Shown here in pieces: positions 52,557 through 64,000 of a DNA stretch of 64,000 nucleotides. The translations under genes and the position numbers were made by a program. Source of the DNA: Mobula hypostoma (Eukaryota); the NCBI RefSeq assembly GCF_963921235.1, contig NC_086108.1, forward strand, positions 58,592,001-58,656,000, given 5' to 3'. Position 1 is the stretch's first letter; each line of letters begins with the position of its first letter. The notes under the pieces are model-generated. The model was not told where the DNA came from and searched no databases. It saw only the letters and a program-made list of their open reading frames with translations.

Positions 52557-52979
52557 TTATAATTCCTTTATTAACTGTACTTGTTTTCTCATTAGTTGCG
52601 ATTCCATTTCTTTTCTGACTACTAGTGTTATATTGATTGGTCTATGTTACTCAGACACGATCTGTCCACTTTCTTAAATAAGGCCATTAAGTGGGCTATC
52701 CATCAGTTCTCTGTCACTGCAGCCTCATTTAATAAATTACAAAAAATTGCTGAGCAATCCCTATTCTGTCATTCTCCAAAATTCTCTTAAGATGAAGGGA
52801 CACAATCTGTGTGGATGGAAACTCTACACTCCCTGAGTTTGATTAGTATATATAATATACCTTTTCCTTCATTAGCTGAAGTGTACAGCAAGGAGATTAT
52901 ACTAGAGTTATGTAACACTACTTGGACCATGGTTGAGAACTATTCATAGTTCTCGTCATTTCATTACATTAAAAAAATG

Positions 52980-53600
52980 TCTTTGCACTGAAAAAGCTGC
53001 AAAGGAATGATAAGAATGTTGTCAGGACTTGAAAATTGTAACTCGGAAAAGATTGGATAGGCTGGAGCTGATTTCTTTGAAAAAGAAGCTGAAAGACAAC
53101 TTTGTAAAGTTATAAGGGGTTTATATTGAGTAAACAGGGAGGATTTAATTCCCTTAACAAAGAGGTCCGAAACAAGGATGCACAGATTTAATTTTAAGTG
53201 GATAAGGAGAGAGTTAAGGATTTTTTCCCCCACCTAGAGAACAGGGGACGCATGGAATTCTTTGTCTGATAGGGTGGGGAAGGCAAGAACCCTTATCATA
53301 TTTAATAAGTACGTGGATAAAAACTGGAAGGGCTGTGAAGTTTGGACTAAATGCTAGAAGCTGAGATTATACTGACACAAGAGTCAACATTTCAGGTGAG
53401 ACTGTTCATCAGCATGAGTTCTGACGAAGGGTCTTGGCCTGAAATGTTCATTCTTTATTTCTCTTCATAGATTCTGTCTTACCTGCTGGGTTTCTCCAAC
53501 ATTTTGTGTGAAATTACACTGAATTGCTGTTTCTTCATCATCACTGACACAGTAGGCTGAATGTTCCCATTCTGAGTAATAAATTTTCTATAAATCTATA
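52980..53600 (+). mobile_element. Old CR1 3' end with a nested Penelope end fragment (53381-53510)
   Basis: Decayed ORF2 C-terminus; two back-to-back hammerhead-like cores. Confidence 0.6.
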
Positions 53601-54516
53601 TTCTCTTCTTCCATTTTAAATGTTGTTATTGCCCATCGCTTTATTCAATTTCATACAAGTGAGTTCTGTCTATACTACAGTAAAATTATAATGTTATACT
53701 TATGCTAACTTTCTATGCTTATTATGATATTGTGTTGTCTATTCCTTAATAGACTTGCTCCCATTCTCAACCATATTTTATTGATGTTTATGTAAATGTT
53801 ATTATGCAGTATTTGCTGCATTATCCTTGATGATTCAGTTTAATTTTTCTACTCTGCCCTTCTAGCTTCTCTTACCTCTCCATATTCCTTTGTACTCTCT
53901 TATATCATGTGTTTTTCTGTTGTCCATGTATTGAGTGCGTGAATCTATCCTGACGCTCAGTAGTTCCCACATGTCTTTGTTCATATATGGGGTCTCATGT
54001 GTGTTTAGCTTGTGGTTCCGTTTCAGAGGAACAGATCTTTTTCAGGGCACTTTGAAGTCATTTCATATGCTGCCAGCTTCTGTTCTACATAACTATTTCT
54101 TAATATTATTAGAGAACATTTGTCCATTTTATCTTCTGAAATTCTGTCCTCAATCCTTCTAAGTCAGCTCTCTCCAGTCTTTTAATCAGGTTTTTGTTGT
54201 ATGCATGTCCTGCTCTATTATCATCTTAAATTAAATATTACTCTTGTCTAGTTGGCTTTCTGCTTTTCTTATCTACTCTAGTTCATTCCTAATTACTAGG
54301 TAAAAAGCAATTCCTACCTGATTGGGCTTTTTACAGATTGAAATAAAGGTACCCTGTAATACTTGCAGGAAATCTACTCTCCTACTTCCTCTGCCTTCCT
54401 CTTCTCATTAATTGTACAATTAACATATACATAATCAAAAATAGTACTCTTCATTTTTATTCATTTCCTTAGTGTGTCTGTATATGTATTTCTTCATTTA
54501 GACATGAGACATACTG

Positions 54517-57500
54517 TATAAGACATATGACATAGGAGCACAATTAGTCCACTCAACCCATCAAGTCTGCTCTGCCATTTCATCATGGTTGATTTATTAT
54601 CCCTCTCAACTCCATTCTTCTGTTCCCTGTAACCTTTGAAGCCCTTACTAATCTAGAATCTATCAAAACTGCTTTAAACATAACCAGTGACTTGGCCTCC
54701 ATAACCATTTAGGGTAATAAATTCCTCACTGTCTAGTGAAAGAAATTCCTTTTCATCTCTGTTCTAAAGGGGCGTTCTTCTATTCTGAGACTCTGCCCTC
54801 TGGTCTTAGACTCTCCAACTATAGGAGACATTCTTTCCACATCTTATCAATGTAGGCCTTTCAATATCTGATAGGTTCAAGTGAGATTCTCAGGCATTTT
54901 AAACTCCAGCGAGTACAAACCAAGAGCCATCAAAAGCTACTCATATACCCTTTCATTCCCAGGATCCTTCTCATAAACCTCACCTGGACCTTCTCTAATG
55001 CCAGCACATCCCTTCTCTGATAAGGGACCTAAAATTACTCATAACACCTTGAGTGTTGTCTGACCAATGCCTTATAAGGCCTCAGTATTACATCCTTGCT
55101 TTTATATTCTAATCCTCCTGAAATGAATGCTAACATTGCATTTGCCTTCCTCACCACTGACTCAACCTGCAAGTTAACCTTCAGGAAATCCTGCAGGAGG
55201 AATCCCAAGTCCCTTTACACTTCTGATTTCTGAATCTGCTCCCTGTTTAGAAAAAACATTTATTCCTTCTAACAAAGTGCATGACCATACACATCCTTGC
55301 ACTATATAACATCTGATAATTCTTAGCTCATTCTCCTAATCTAAGTTCCTCTGCAGACTCCTTGCTTCCTCAACAATACCTGCCCCAGTACTATCTTTAT
55401 AACATCTGCAAACTTTGTCACAAAGGCATCAATTCCATCATCCATGTCTTTGACACATAATGTGAAAAGAAGCAGTCCCAATACCAAGCTCTGTGGATTA
55501 CCACTAGTCACTGGCAGCCAACAAGAAAAGGCTCCCTTCGTTCCCACTCTTTGTTTCTGACAGTCAGCCAATTTTCTATCCATGCTAGTATCTTTCCTAT
55601 CGTACAACAGGCTCTTTTCTTGTTCAGCAGCCTCATGTGTGTCACCTTGTCAAAGTCCTTCTGTTGGTTTCAGAAGGCCCTTGATAAGGATCCACACTTG
55701 AGGTACTCTCCTTTGTCTATCCTGCCTGCTATTTCCTCAAAGAAATCCAACAGATCAGCCAGACAAGATTTTCCCTGCTAGCTTAGGCTTATTTCATCAT
55801 ATCACTCCAAGTACCCTGAAACCTCATCCTTAATAATGGCCTCCAACATCAAATCAACCACTGAAATCAGACCAACTGGCCTATAATTTCCCGTCATTTG
55901 CTTTCCTTCCTTCTTGAAGAGTGGAGTAACATTTGCAATTTTTCCATGATCTAGAACCCTTGCAGAATCTAGTGATTCTTGGAAGATCGTTACCAGTACC
56001 TCCACAATCTTTTCAGCTACCTCTTTCAGAACTCTGGGTGTAGTCCATCAGGTCCAGGTGATTTATCTATCTTCAGACCTTTTAGCTTCCCAGCACCTTC
56101 TCCTTGTTAATAACAATTGCACTCTTTTCTGTCCCCTGACATTCTTGAATTTCTGGCATACTGCTGGTGTCTTCCATGGTGAAAACTGATGTATCTATTC
56201 TGCACCTTCTGAATTCCCCTCAGAAATTCCACCCATTGCTGTTCCACTGTCGTCCCTGCTAGTGCCCTCTTCCAATCAAATTTGGCCAGCTTCTATCTCA
56301 TGCCTCTGTAATTCCTTTTACTCCTCTGTAATACTTATATATCTGACTTTATCTTCTCCGTCTCAAACTGCAGAGTGAATTCCATTGTATTCTATCATAT
56401 TCTGCTTCCTAAGGGTTCCTTTACCTTAAGCTCTCTATCAAAATTGGCAACATCCAATCTAGAATTGCTTTTCCCCTAGTGGGCTCAACCACAAGCTGCT
56501 CTAAAAAGCCATCTTGTAGGCATTCTATAAATTACCTCCAGCACCAACCTGATTTTCCCAATCTACCTGTATATTGAAACATCCCATGATTATTACAACA
56601 TTGTCCTTTAAAATGCCTTTTCTATCTCCCATTGTAATTTATACCACATCCTGGCTACTCTTCAGAGATCTGTGTATAACTCCCATCAGGGTCTTTTCAC
56701 GGTTGCAGTTTTTTAACTCTTCCACAATGATTCTACATCTTCTAATCTGATGTCTCCTTTTTCTAAGGATTCAATTTAAATTTGTTACTAGTCAAGCTAC
56801 TCCACCCCATCTGCCTACCTGTCTGCCCTTTTGATACAGGGTGTATCCTTGGATGTTAAGCTCCCAACTATGATCTTCTTCCTGCAACATCATACCTTCT
56901 AATCTTTAACTGTTGCAAGATCAACTATCTTATTCTGTAAGCTGCTTGCACTCAAATATAACAACTTCAGTACTGTATTTATCACACTTTCTAAATTTGC
57001 ACCCATGTTCCTACAAGTTAAATCCTTATTCCTTTCTAAACCTTTTGCATTTTTATTTATTCTGGAGACTTCTGTAACTTTACCTGCATTTTTTTAAAAT
57101 TTAGAGATACAGGGCAGAATAGGCCTTTCTGGCCCTTCGAGTTGTGCTGTCCCAGCAATCGCCTTCAACTCTGATTTAATCCTAACTTAATCAAGGGATA
57201 ATTTACAATGACCAGTGAACTTACCCGGTACGTCTTTGGACTGTGGGAAGAAACTAGAGTGCTCCTTCTCTTTCACATTATCTTCACTTTTTGAAACTGT
57301 TGAACTGTTGAGCATACTGTTTAGTTTAAAGACACACTTTAACCCACCCCACTGAAGGCAATTTTGCCCTATCTTCTGCCTAACCCTCCTCACAATCTCA
57401 TAACACATTGCATCTACTTGTATACCAACTGTCCCATCAGTCAGATTCCCATGTCCCTGCCAGATTAGCTTAAACCCTCCCCCAACACTTCTAGCAAACC

Positions 57501-57555
57501 TGTCCACAAGGATATTGGTTCCCCTAGAGTTCAGGTGTAACCCATCCTTTTTTGA
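54517..57555 (-). mobile_element. CR1 LINE from the ORF1 end to the tail, decayed, with a V-SINE at ~57095-57270
   Basis: KKDGLHLNSRGTNILVDRFARS (ORF1); GNYRPVGLISV; KFADV; tataagacatatgacata tail. Confidence 0.85.
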
Positions 57556-58064
57556 GATGAAGGATCTCATTCCAAATCATTGACTTTTTATTCCTCTCCA
57601 TCAATGCTTCCAGACCTGCTTAGTTCTTCCAGCATTTTGTGTGTGTTACTCTGGATTTCCAGCATTTGCAGAATCTCTTGCGTTTACCACTTTTCTTTCT
57701 GCATCTTCTCAAATCTAGATTTGTCATTCATTGTTTAATTCTCAGTCCTGAGTTTTCTGTAACCATGGCTCAATCCTCCTGCTTGAAAGGTTTTTTTCAA
57801 ATGCATAATACCTCTAGATTCGTTGAATACACTATTATAGACACATTGAATGATGATGTACAGTCTGTTCAGTTCAGTTTTAGGATCTCCATTCACATTT
57901 CTTGTTTTGAGGTCTAAAACTCTTTTGGCTCATTGCCAACATCTCATAGAATGTCACTTCTCATTTTTCTAAAGGCCACAGAGTTTGAGTCCAATCTTGT
58001 CAACCATTTTTTGCAGAACTTTCATCTCAGTGTCAACATAGTAAATCTCCTTATTGTCCTCAGG

Positions 58065-58960
58065 GTAAATGTTTGCTTCCTCTAAGTTCCTGGGTGTCAA
58101 GGTCTCTAAAGATCTAACCTGGTCCCAATGTATTGATGTAGTTATAAAGAAGGCAAGACAGTGGCTATACTTCATTAGGAGTTTGAAGAGATTTGGCATG
58201 TGAATGAATACACTCAAAAACTTCTACAGGCGTACCGTCTGGTATGGGGAGGACCAGAAGAAGCTGCAGAGGGTTGTAAATCTAGTCAGCTCCATCTTGG
58301 GTACTAGCCTACAAAGTACCCAGGACATCTTTAGGGAGCTGTGTCTCAGAAAGGCAGTGTCCATTATTAAGGACATCCAGCACCCAGGGCATGTCCTTTT
58401 CTCACTGTTATTATCGGGTAGGAGGTACAGAAGCCTGAAGGCACACATTCAGCAATTTAGGAACAGCTTCTTCCCCTCTGCCATCCGATTCCTAAATGGA
58501 CATTGAATCTTTGGACACTACCTCACTTTTTTAATATATAATTTTTTTTGCATGTTTCTTAATCTATTCAATATACGTATACTGTAACACACATAAAAGT
58601 TGCTGGTGAACGCAGCAGGCCAGGCAGCATCTCTAGGAAGAGGTACAGTCGACGTTTCGGGCTGAGACCCTTCGCCAGGACTAACTGAAAGAAGTGCTAG
58701 TAAGAGATTTGAAGGTAGGAGGGGGAAGCCCGAAACGTCAACTGTACCTTTTCCTAGAGATGCTGCCTGGCCTGTTGCGTTCACCAGCAACTTTTATGTG
58801 TGTTGCTTGAAACTCCAGCATCTGCAGATTTCCTCGTGTTGATGTATACTGTAATTGATTTACTTTATTTATTTGTTTATTATGTATTGCATTGAACTGC
58901 TGCTGCTAAATTAACAAATTTCACGTCACATGCTGGTGATTATAAGCCTGATTCTGATTC
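58065..58960 (+). mobile_element. Rex1/Babar 3' portion
   Basis: ORF 58204-58506 LKNFYR...SGRRYRSLK...FRNSFFPSAIRFLN; (gattct)n tail. Confidence 0.85.
58586..58840. mobile_element. Inverted Penelope pLTR pair
   Basis: 78-bp arms at 58586-58663 and 58727-58804 (3 mismatches); flanking direct repeat gtatactgtaa. Confidence 0.9.
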
Positions 58961-59235
58961 TGCCCATATACTTTTGTAGATATACCACCATGGGAATGGG
59001 GGCATGAGAAGATGTAGCACCTAGGGAACAGGGCCAGGCGTGTACCTGTTGCACCATGGGAACAGGGCCAGTGAGTGCTATGGGAACAGAGCCAGGTGTG
59101 TGGAGGGATTGGCATGGAAGACAGGCCTCATTTGAAGACTGGAGCATGGGTGTGTTCTCAAAAATGGAGAAGATGTAATGGCTGAAGAAAGGAGGAAGTG
59201 AGGGAGAGGGGAGAGAGCTAGTGTCATACTGAGAA

Positions 59236-59241
<6 letters not shown>

Positions 59242-59275
<34 letters not shown>

Positions 59276-59281
59276 ACACAC
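59242..59281. repeat. (AC)n microsatellite
   Basis: About 20 units with one interruption. Confidence 0.98.
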
Positions 59282-59714
59282 GTAAAGGGGAGCTCATGTC
59301 TACACAAAGCTGCATTCATTACATGCTAATATGTCGAAAATTGGCCCTTTATGTTTTTGGCAGTGTGCGATCCGCTCTCATAATTTTCAACTCCAGTGTG
59401 TAAATTTCTTTGTGCATTGATCTTCATCCCAGGAATAACCCAGTGAACTTCCCTACACTTCTTCTTAACATTTCTTAAATAGGAGATCAAAACTATGTCC
59501 CACACTCCACGCAAGGTCTCAGCTGAGCACTTTAATGCTGCAACAAAAAGTGCTCTTTTCATACAGCTGTTGCAGTAATACTAAAATTCAAATAAATTTT
59601 CTGTTGTCATTAAGCTGAAACATTAACACTGCTCTTCTCTTTAGAGAATCCCTGAGTATTTTCAACACTTTCAGCCATCCAGCACCTGCAGTCATACAGA
59701 CATACAGATATATA

Positions 59715-61250
59715 TCAATCTGTTGTTTATTGATTACAACTCAGCTTTCAACACTATCATCCCTCAGTTCTAATCAACATGCTTCAGAACAGGGGCCTCT
59801 GTACTTGCCTCTGCAACTGGATCCTTGATTTCCTTCTTGGGAGACCATAATCAGTGCATATCAGTAACAACATCTCCTTAGTTCACTGTTCCACTCCTTC
59901 TTTAGGCATCCTTTAGTCTCATGAGACCATGGATTTGTGCCTTGGAAGGTTTCCAGGGCGCAGGGCTGGGCAAGGTTGTATGGAAGACCAGCAGTTGCCC
60001 ATGCTGCAAGTCTCCCCTGTCCATGCCACCGATGTGGTCCAAGGGAAGGGCATTAGGTCCCATACAGCTTGGCACCGATGTTGTCGCAGAGCAATGTGTG
60101 GTTAAGTGCCTTGCTCAAGGACACAACACACTGCCTCAACCAAGGCTCGAACTAGTGACCTTCAGATCACTAGACGAATGTCTTAACCACTTGGCCACGC
60201 GCCAACACTCCTTCTAGACTCATGAATATGTGGCTGAGTGCTGCTCGAGCACCATCTATAAATTTGCAGATGACACCACTGTTGTTGGCAGACTCTCAGA
60301 TGGTGACAAGGAGGCGTACAAGAGTGCGATAGATCAGCTTCTTGAGTGGTGTCACACCAACAACCTTGCACTCAATGTGAGTAAGACCAAGGAATTGATT
60401 TTGGACATCAGGAAGGGGCGGTTGGGAGAACGTACACCAGTCCGCATTGAGGGAAAAGATGAACAGCTTTGAGTTTTATTTATTATTTTATTGAGATACA
60501 ACATGGAGTAGGCCCTTCCAGCCCTTCGAGCCACGGTGCCCAGTAATCCTCCAATTTAATCCTAGCCCAATCACAGGACAATTTACAATGACCAATTTAT
60601 AATGCGTCTTTGGACTATGGGAGGAATCCAGAGCACCCGGAGGAAACCCACGTGAGAACATACAAACTGCTTACAGGCAGCGGTGGGGAATTCATCACCA
60701 TTTCAGAGGATCTATCCTGGTGCAACACAGTGATGCAACATAAGGAGCTCTACGTTGTTAGGAGTTTGAAGAAACTGTGAATGTCAACAACGTCTATTAC
60801 AAATTGCTATAGATGTATGGTGGGGAGCATTTCTACTAGTTGCGCCGAAGCTTGGTATGGAGGCTTCAATGCACAGGATTGCAAGTGACGACCAAGGGTG
60901 GTAGACTCAGCCAACTCCATCATTGGCACAATCCTTCCGGCCAACGAGGACATCTTCAAGAACGATGATTCAAGAAGGTGCCACTGATCACTGAGAATCT
61001 TCTCCATCTGGCACATGCTGTCTTCTCATTATCGCCTGAAAACCCACACTCCATAATTTAGGAACACCTTCACCGCAGCCATCAGATTTCTGAATGGTCT
61101 ATGAACCCATGAACACTACCTTGCTATTCCTTTTGGCACTATTTATTTTTGTAATATTTAGTAAAATTTATGTCTTTGTACTGTAATGTTGCAACAAAAC
61201 AATAAATTTCATGTCATATAAGACAGTGACAATAGATTTGATTCTGACAC
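59715..61250 (+). mobile_element. Rex1/Babar RT 3' portion, interrupted by two SINEs
   Basis: ORF 60230-60472 KFADDTTVVGRL...LNVSKTKELILD; V-SINE on the minus strand at ~60475-60690. Confidence 0.8.
59902..60205 (-). mobile_element. Full-length tRNA-derived SINE with a CORE-like central motif
   Basis: A box tggccaagtgg, B box agttcgagcc, then gtgtccttgagcaaggcacttaacc; 10-bp TSD cactccttct (59892-59901 and 60206-60215). Confidence 0.88.
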
Positions 61251-61289
61251 AGATTCATTTGATCTTCAGTTCCATTAATTATTTGCTGT

Positions 61290-61745
61290 ACCTCCATAGA
61301 CTAGGACTGCAGATCCATTTGTACCATCACATATTGTAGTCTCACATCATTCAAATAACAAATTGATTTTTCTTTCTTCCAGAAGTGGATGAGTTGACGG
61401 TTTTCCAGCATCTGCTTACAGCTTACTGCTTCATTTATTAATGCTGCTTTGTCAGCCCTTTGTGTTTGTCTCATAACTTGCTGACCCATCCATTTCTATA
61501 CCATCAGAAAATTTGACTGTAATGAACTTTTATCCAAGTAATTAATATAGACTGTAATTATAAATAGTTGAGATTTCAGTGCACTGTTCCCTGTGGCACC
61601 CCACTGGTTACTGATTTCCAATTTGAAAATGACCCATTTATCCCAAATCTGTTTTCCGTCAGTTACCCAGTCTCTAGTCCAATGGAATTCATCACCCTCA
61701 AGCCTGTGCACTTTTATCTTGTGTGTTACACTTTATGTGGCTCCT
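61290..61745 (-). mobile_element. Old CR1 RT fragment
   Basis: Decayed VTSGVPQG equivalent (gtaaccagtggggtgccacaggg on the minus strand). Confidence 0.65.
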
Positions 61746-61751
61746 AATCAA

Positions 61752-62000
61752 ATGAGAGGGAAAGAAAGAGGGACAGGGGGAAATAGAGGGGGGTGGGGAA
61801 GAGAGAGAAGGGGAAGATAGAAAGAGAGAGGGGGAAGATAAAAAGAGAGAAGGGGAAAGATAGAGAGAGGAGGAGAAAGATAGAGGGGGAAAGAGAGAGG
61901 GGGAGAGAGAGGGGGGAGAGAGAGGGGGAGAGGGGGGAGAGAGGGGGGGGAGAGAGAGAGGGGGAGAGGGAGAGAAAGAGAGAGAGAGAAATTAATAAAA
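61752..62000. repeat. GA-rich polypurine low-complexity tract
   Basis: Almost purely A/G over ~250 bp; purine bias continues to ~62420. Confidence 0.95.
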
Positions 62001-62629
62001 GAGACTGATATGGAGAAAAACACTGAGGATGAGATATGAAGACTTAGGCCTAGAATAGAATGGAAGAGATAGACAATTGGAAGGGTGCAGGAAAGTTGAG
62101 AGATGTGGAGAGATATGGAGAGGGAGACATAGAAAAGCAGAAATAGAGATCAAATTTTATTTGAAGGAGGAGTGAGGTTTAGATGGTAAAATCAAAGTGA
62201 CTGGATAAGATAGAGAGATAGAAAGGGTGAGCTGGAAAACAGAAAACTAGATAAAATGAGAATGAAAATGTAGGAAGTCAGAGAATGTGAAGCAAGGAGT
62301 GAGTGAGTAAGAGAAAAAGAGAGAAAGAGAATGGTATATTAGGGGTGTTGGCAAACGATCAGATAGAGTGTTGAATAAAGGATGAAGTACCAGTGAAAGA
62401 AAAAATAAAGAGAAAGTTAATAAGGAACACCAATAAGGGTCTCAGCCTGAAACATCGACTGCTGATGCCCCTCCATAGATGCTGCCTGACTTACTGAGCT
62501 TAAAGTTCAAAGTACAGAGTCAATTTATTATCAAATTACATATATATCACTGTATCAAGTGCTTGGGACAATGCATGATGCCTTCTCCAAACAAGAAACA
62601 ATTCTTCCTGATGCATTTCAAATCAAACA

Positions 62630-64000
62630 CTTGTTTGAAGAAAACCCTGCCCAATTACCATCAGCATATAACCTGTAGCAATGGATGTCCCAACACACTT
62701 GCCCACTGTTATACTAAGATAGGGAATGCCTACCATTACATGCCCAAACCGCATTTCAGGAAATCTGATCACTTGGCTGTTCTTCTCCTACCTGCATATA
62801 GGCAGAGGCTAAAGAGCAAAGCTCCAGAGATTGAGACAACAAAGAGGTGGTCATGGGAGACAGAGGAGCAACTATGGGATTGCTTCAAGTTGATGGACTG
62901 GGCCATATTTATGGACTCATCTGTGGATCTGAAGGAGTGCACCCTGGTTGACATGGACTTTATAAAAACAATTGTAGATGAGTGTGTTCCCACAAAATCA
63001 TGTAGAGTCTTCCCCAATCAGAAGCCCTGGCTGAAATATGAGATGCACAGTCAGAGGCAATCAAGGGCCAGATCAGAGGCATTCAAGTCTGGTGACCAAG
63101 AAAGTTACAAGAGGTCCAGATATGACTCCAGAAAGCCATCTCATGTGTGATGTGGCAATTCTGGAATGAACTTGAATCAATGAAGGATGCTCAACTGTTG
63201 CGGCAGGGCTTGAATACTATCACCTCTTATAAAGTAAAATCAAGTGACATAGGCGACAACAGGGCTTCACTTCCAGATGAGCTCAATGCCCCCTATGCGC
63301 ACTTTGAGTATCAAAACATGGAGGGACCATTGCAAACTCCCACAACCTCAAATGATCCAGTGATTTCAGTCTCTGAGGATGACGTGTGAGCAGCCTTCAG
63401 TAAGGTGAATCCACAAAATGCATCAGGGCCCTGATAGTACCTGGCCAAGAACTAAACACCTCTGCTGATCAACTAGTTAGAGGTTTCACTGAGATCTTTA
63501 ACCTCTCGCTTCAGCAGTCTGAGGTACCCACCTGCTTCAAGCAGCCTCCAATTATACCAGTGACTAAGAATAAACATGCCAAAATGACTGTTGTCCAGTA
63601 GCACTCATAGCCAAAGTGATGAACTGTTTTGAGAGGTTGCTGATGAAACATATGCACTCCTGCCTGAGAAGTGACCTGGATTCACTCCATTTTGCCTACT
63701 GGAGCAACAAGTCCACAGTACGTGCCGTCTCATTGACTCTTCACTCAATCCTGGAACATCTGGACATCAAAGATGCATACATCAGGATGCTCTTTATCAA
63801 CTACAGCTTAGCATTTAATGTCATCATACCTCAAAACTCATCAGTAAGCTTCAACACCCTGGCCTCAATATCTCCTTGTACAACTGAATCCTTGATTTCC
63901 TCACTAGTTTGGACTGGCAATAATATCTCCTCCATGATCTCCATCAGCACAGGTGCACCACAAGGCTGCATGCTTAGCCTCCTGCTCTGTTCACTTAACA
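62630..64000 (+). mobile_element. Rex1/Babar LINE (end of endonuclease to RT), running off the window
   Basis: PHFRKSDHLAVLLLPAYRQRLK, VFPNQKPW, LPDELNA; ends near TGAPQGC. Confidence 0.88.

Noticed and set aside
60140..60205. tRNA gene
   Set aside because: It is the tRNA-derived head of a SINE, with a body and TSD.
61748..62023. Arg/Glu-rich and Leu/Pro/Ser-rich ORFs
   Set aside because: Translations of GA low-complexity sequence.
1..64000. CRISPR array, prokaryotic operon or host protein-coding exons
   Set aside because: No regularly spaced repeat-spacer units, and every ORF with recognisable motifs is transposon-derived. Short host exons in the unique stretches cannot be excluded by eye.

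Overview
Eukaryotic, repeat-saturated non-genic DNA. The repeat complement (CR1 LINEs with esterase ORF1, V-SINE/HE1-like SINEs, Rex1/Babar, Penelope) points to a cartilaginous fish, probably a ray; this is inference. I found no host exon, rRNA, tRNA gene or CRISPR array. Main contents: a young, nearly intact CR1 with a twin-priming-type 5' inversion (4896-8076); about a dozen older CR1 pieces; two Penelope-like elements plus several end fragments carrying minimal hammerhead ribozyme motifs; a full-length Mag-like Gypsy provirus (34998-39662, 5-bp TSD) and an internally deleted sister copy in inverted orientation; a solo LTR; a Charlie-type hAT (8-bp TSD); pogo and Tc1-type MITEs; and three copies of a ~620-660 bp non-coding retroposon. 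The most striking signal is a U_UUA_AAC slippery heptamer directly before the CR1 ORF1 stop. It is exact in two divergent copies and one base off in a third, and its -1 frame is an AUG-less ORF2, which suggests programmed -1 frameshifting. Coordinates of old, decayed repeats are approximate (tens of bp).
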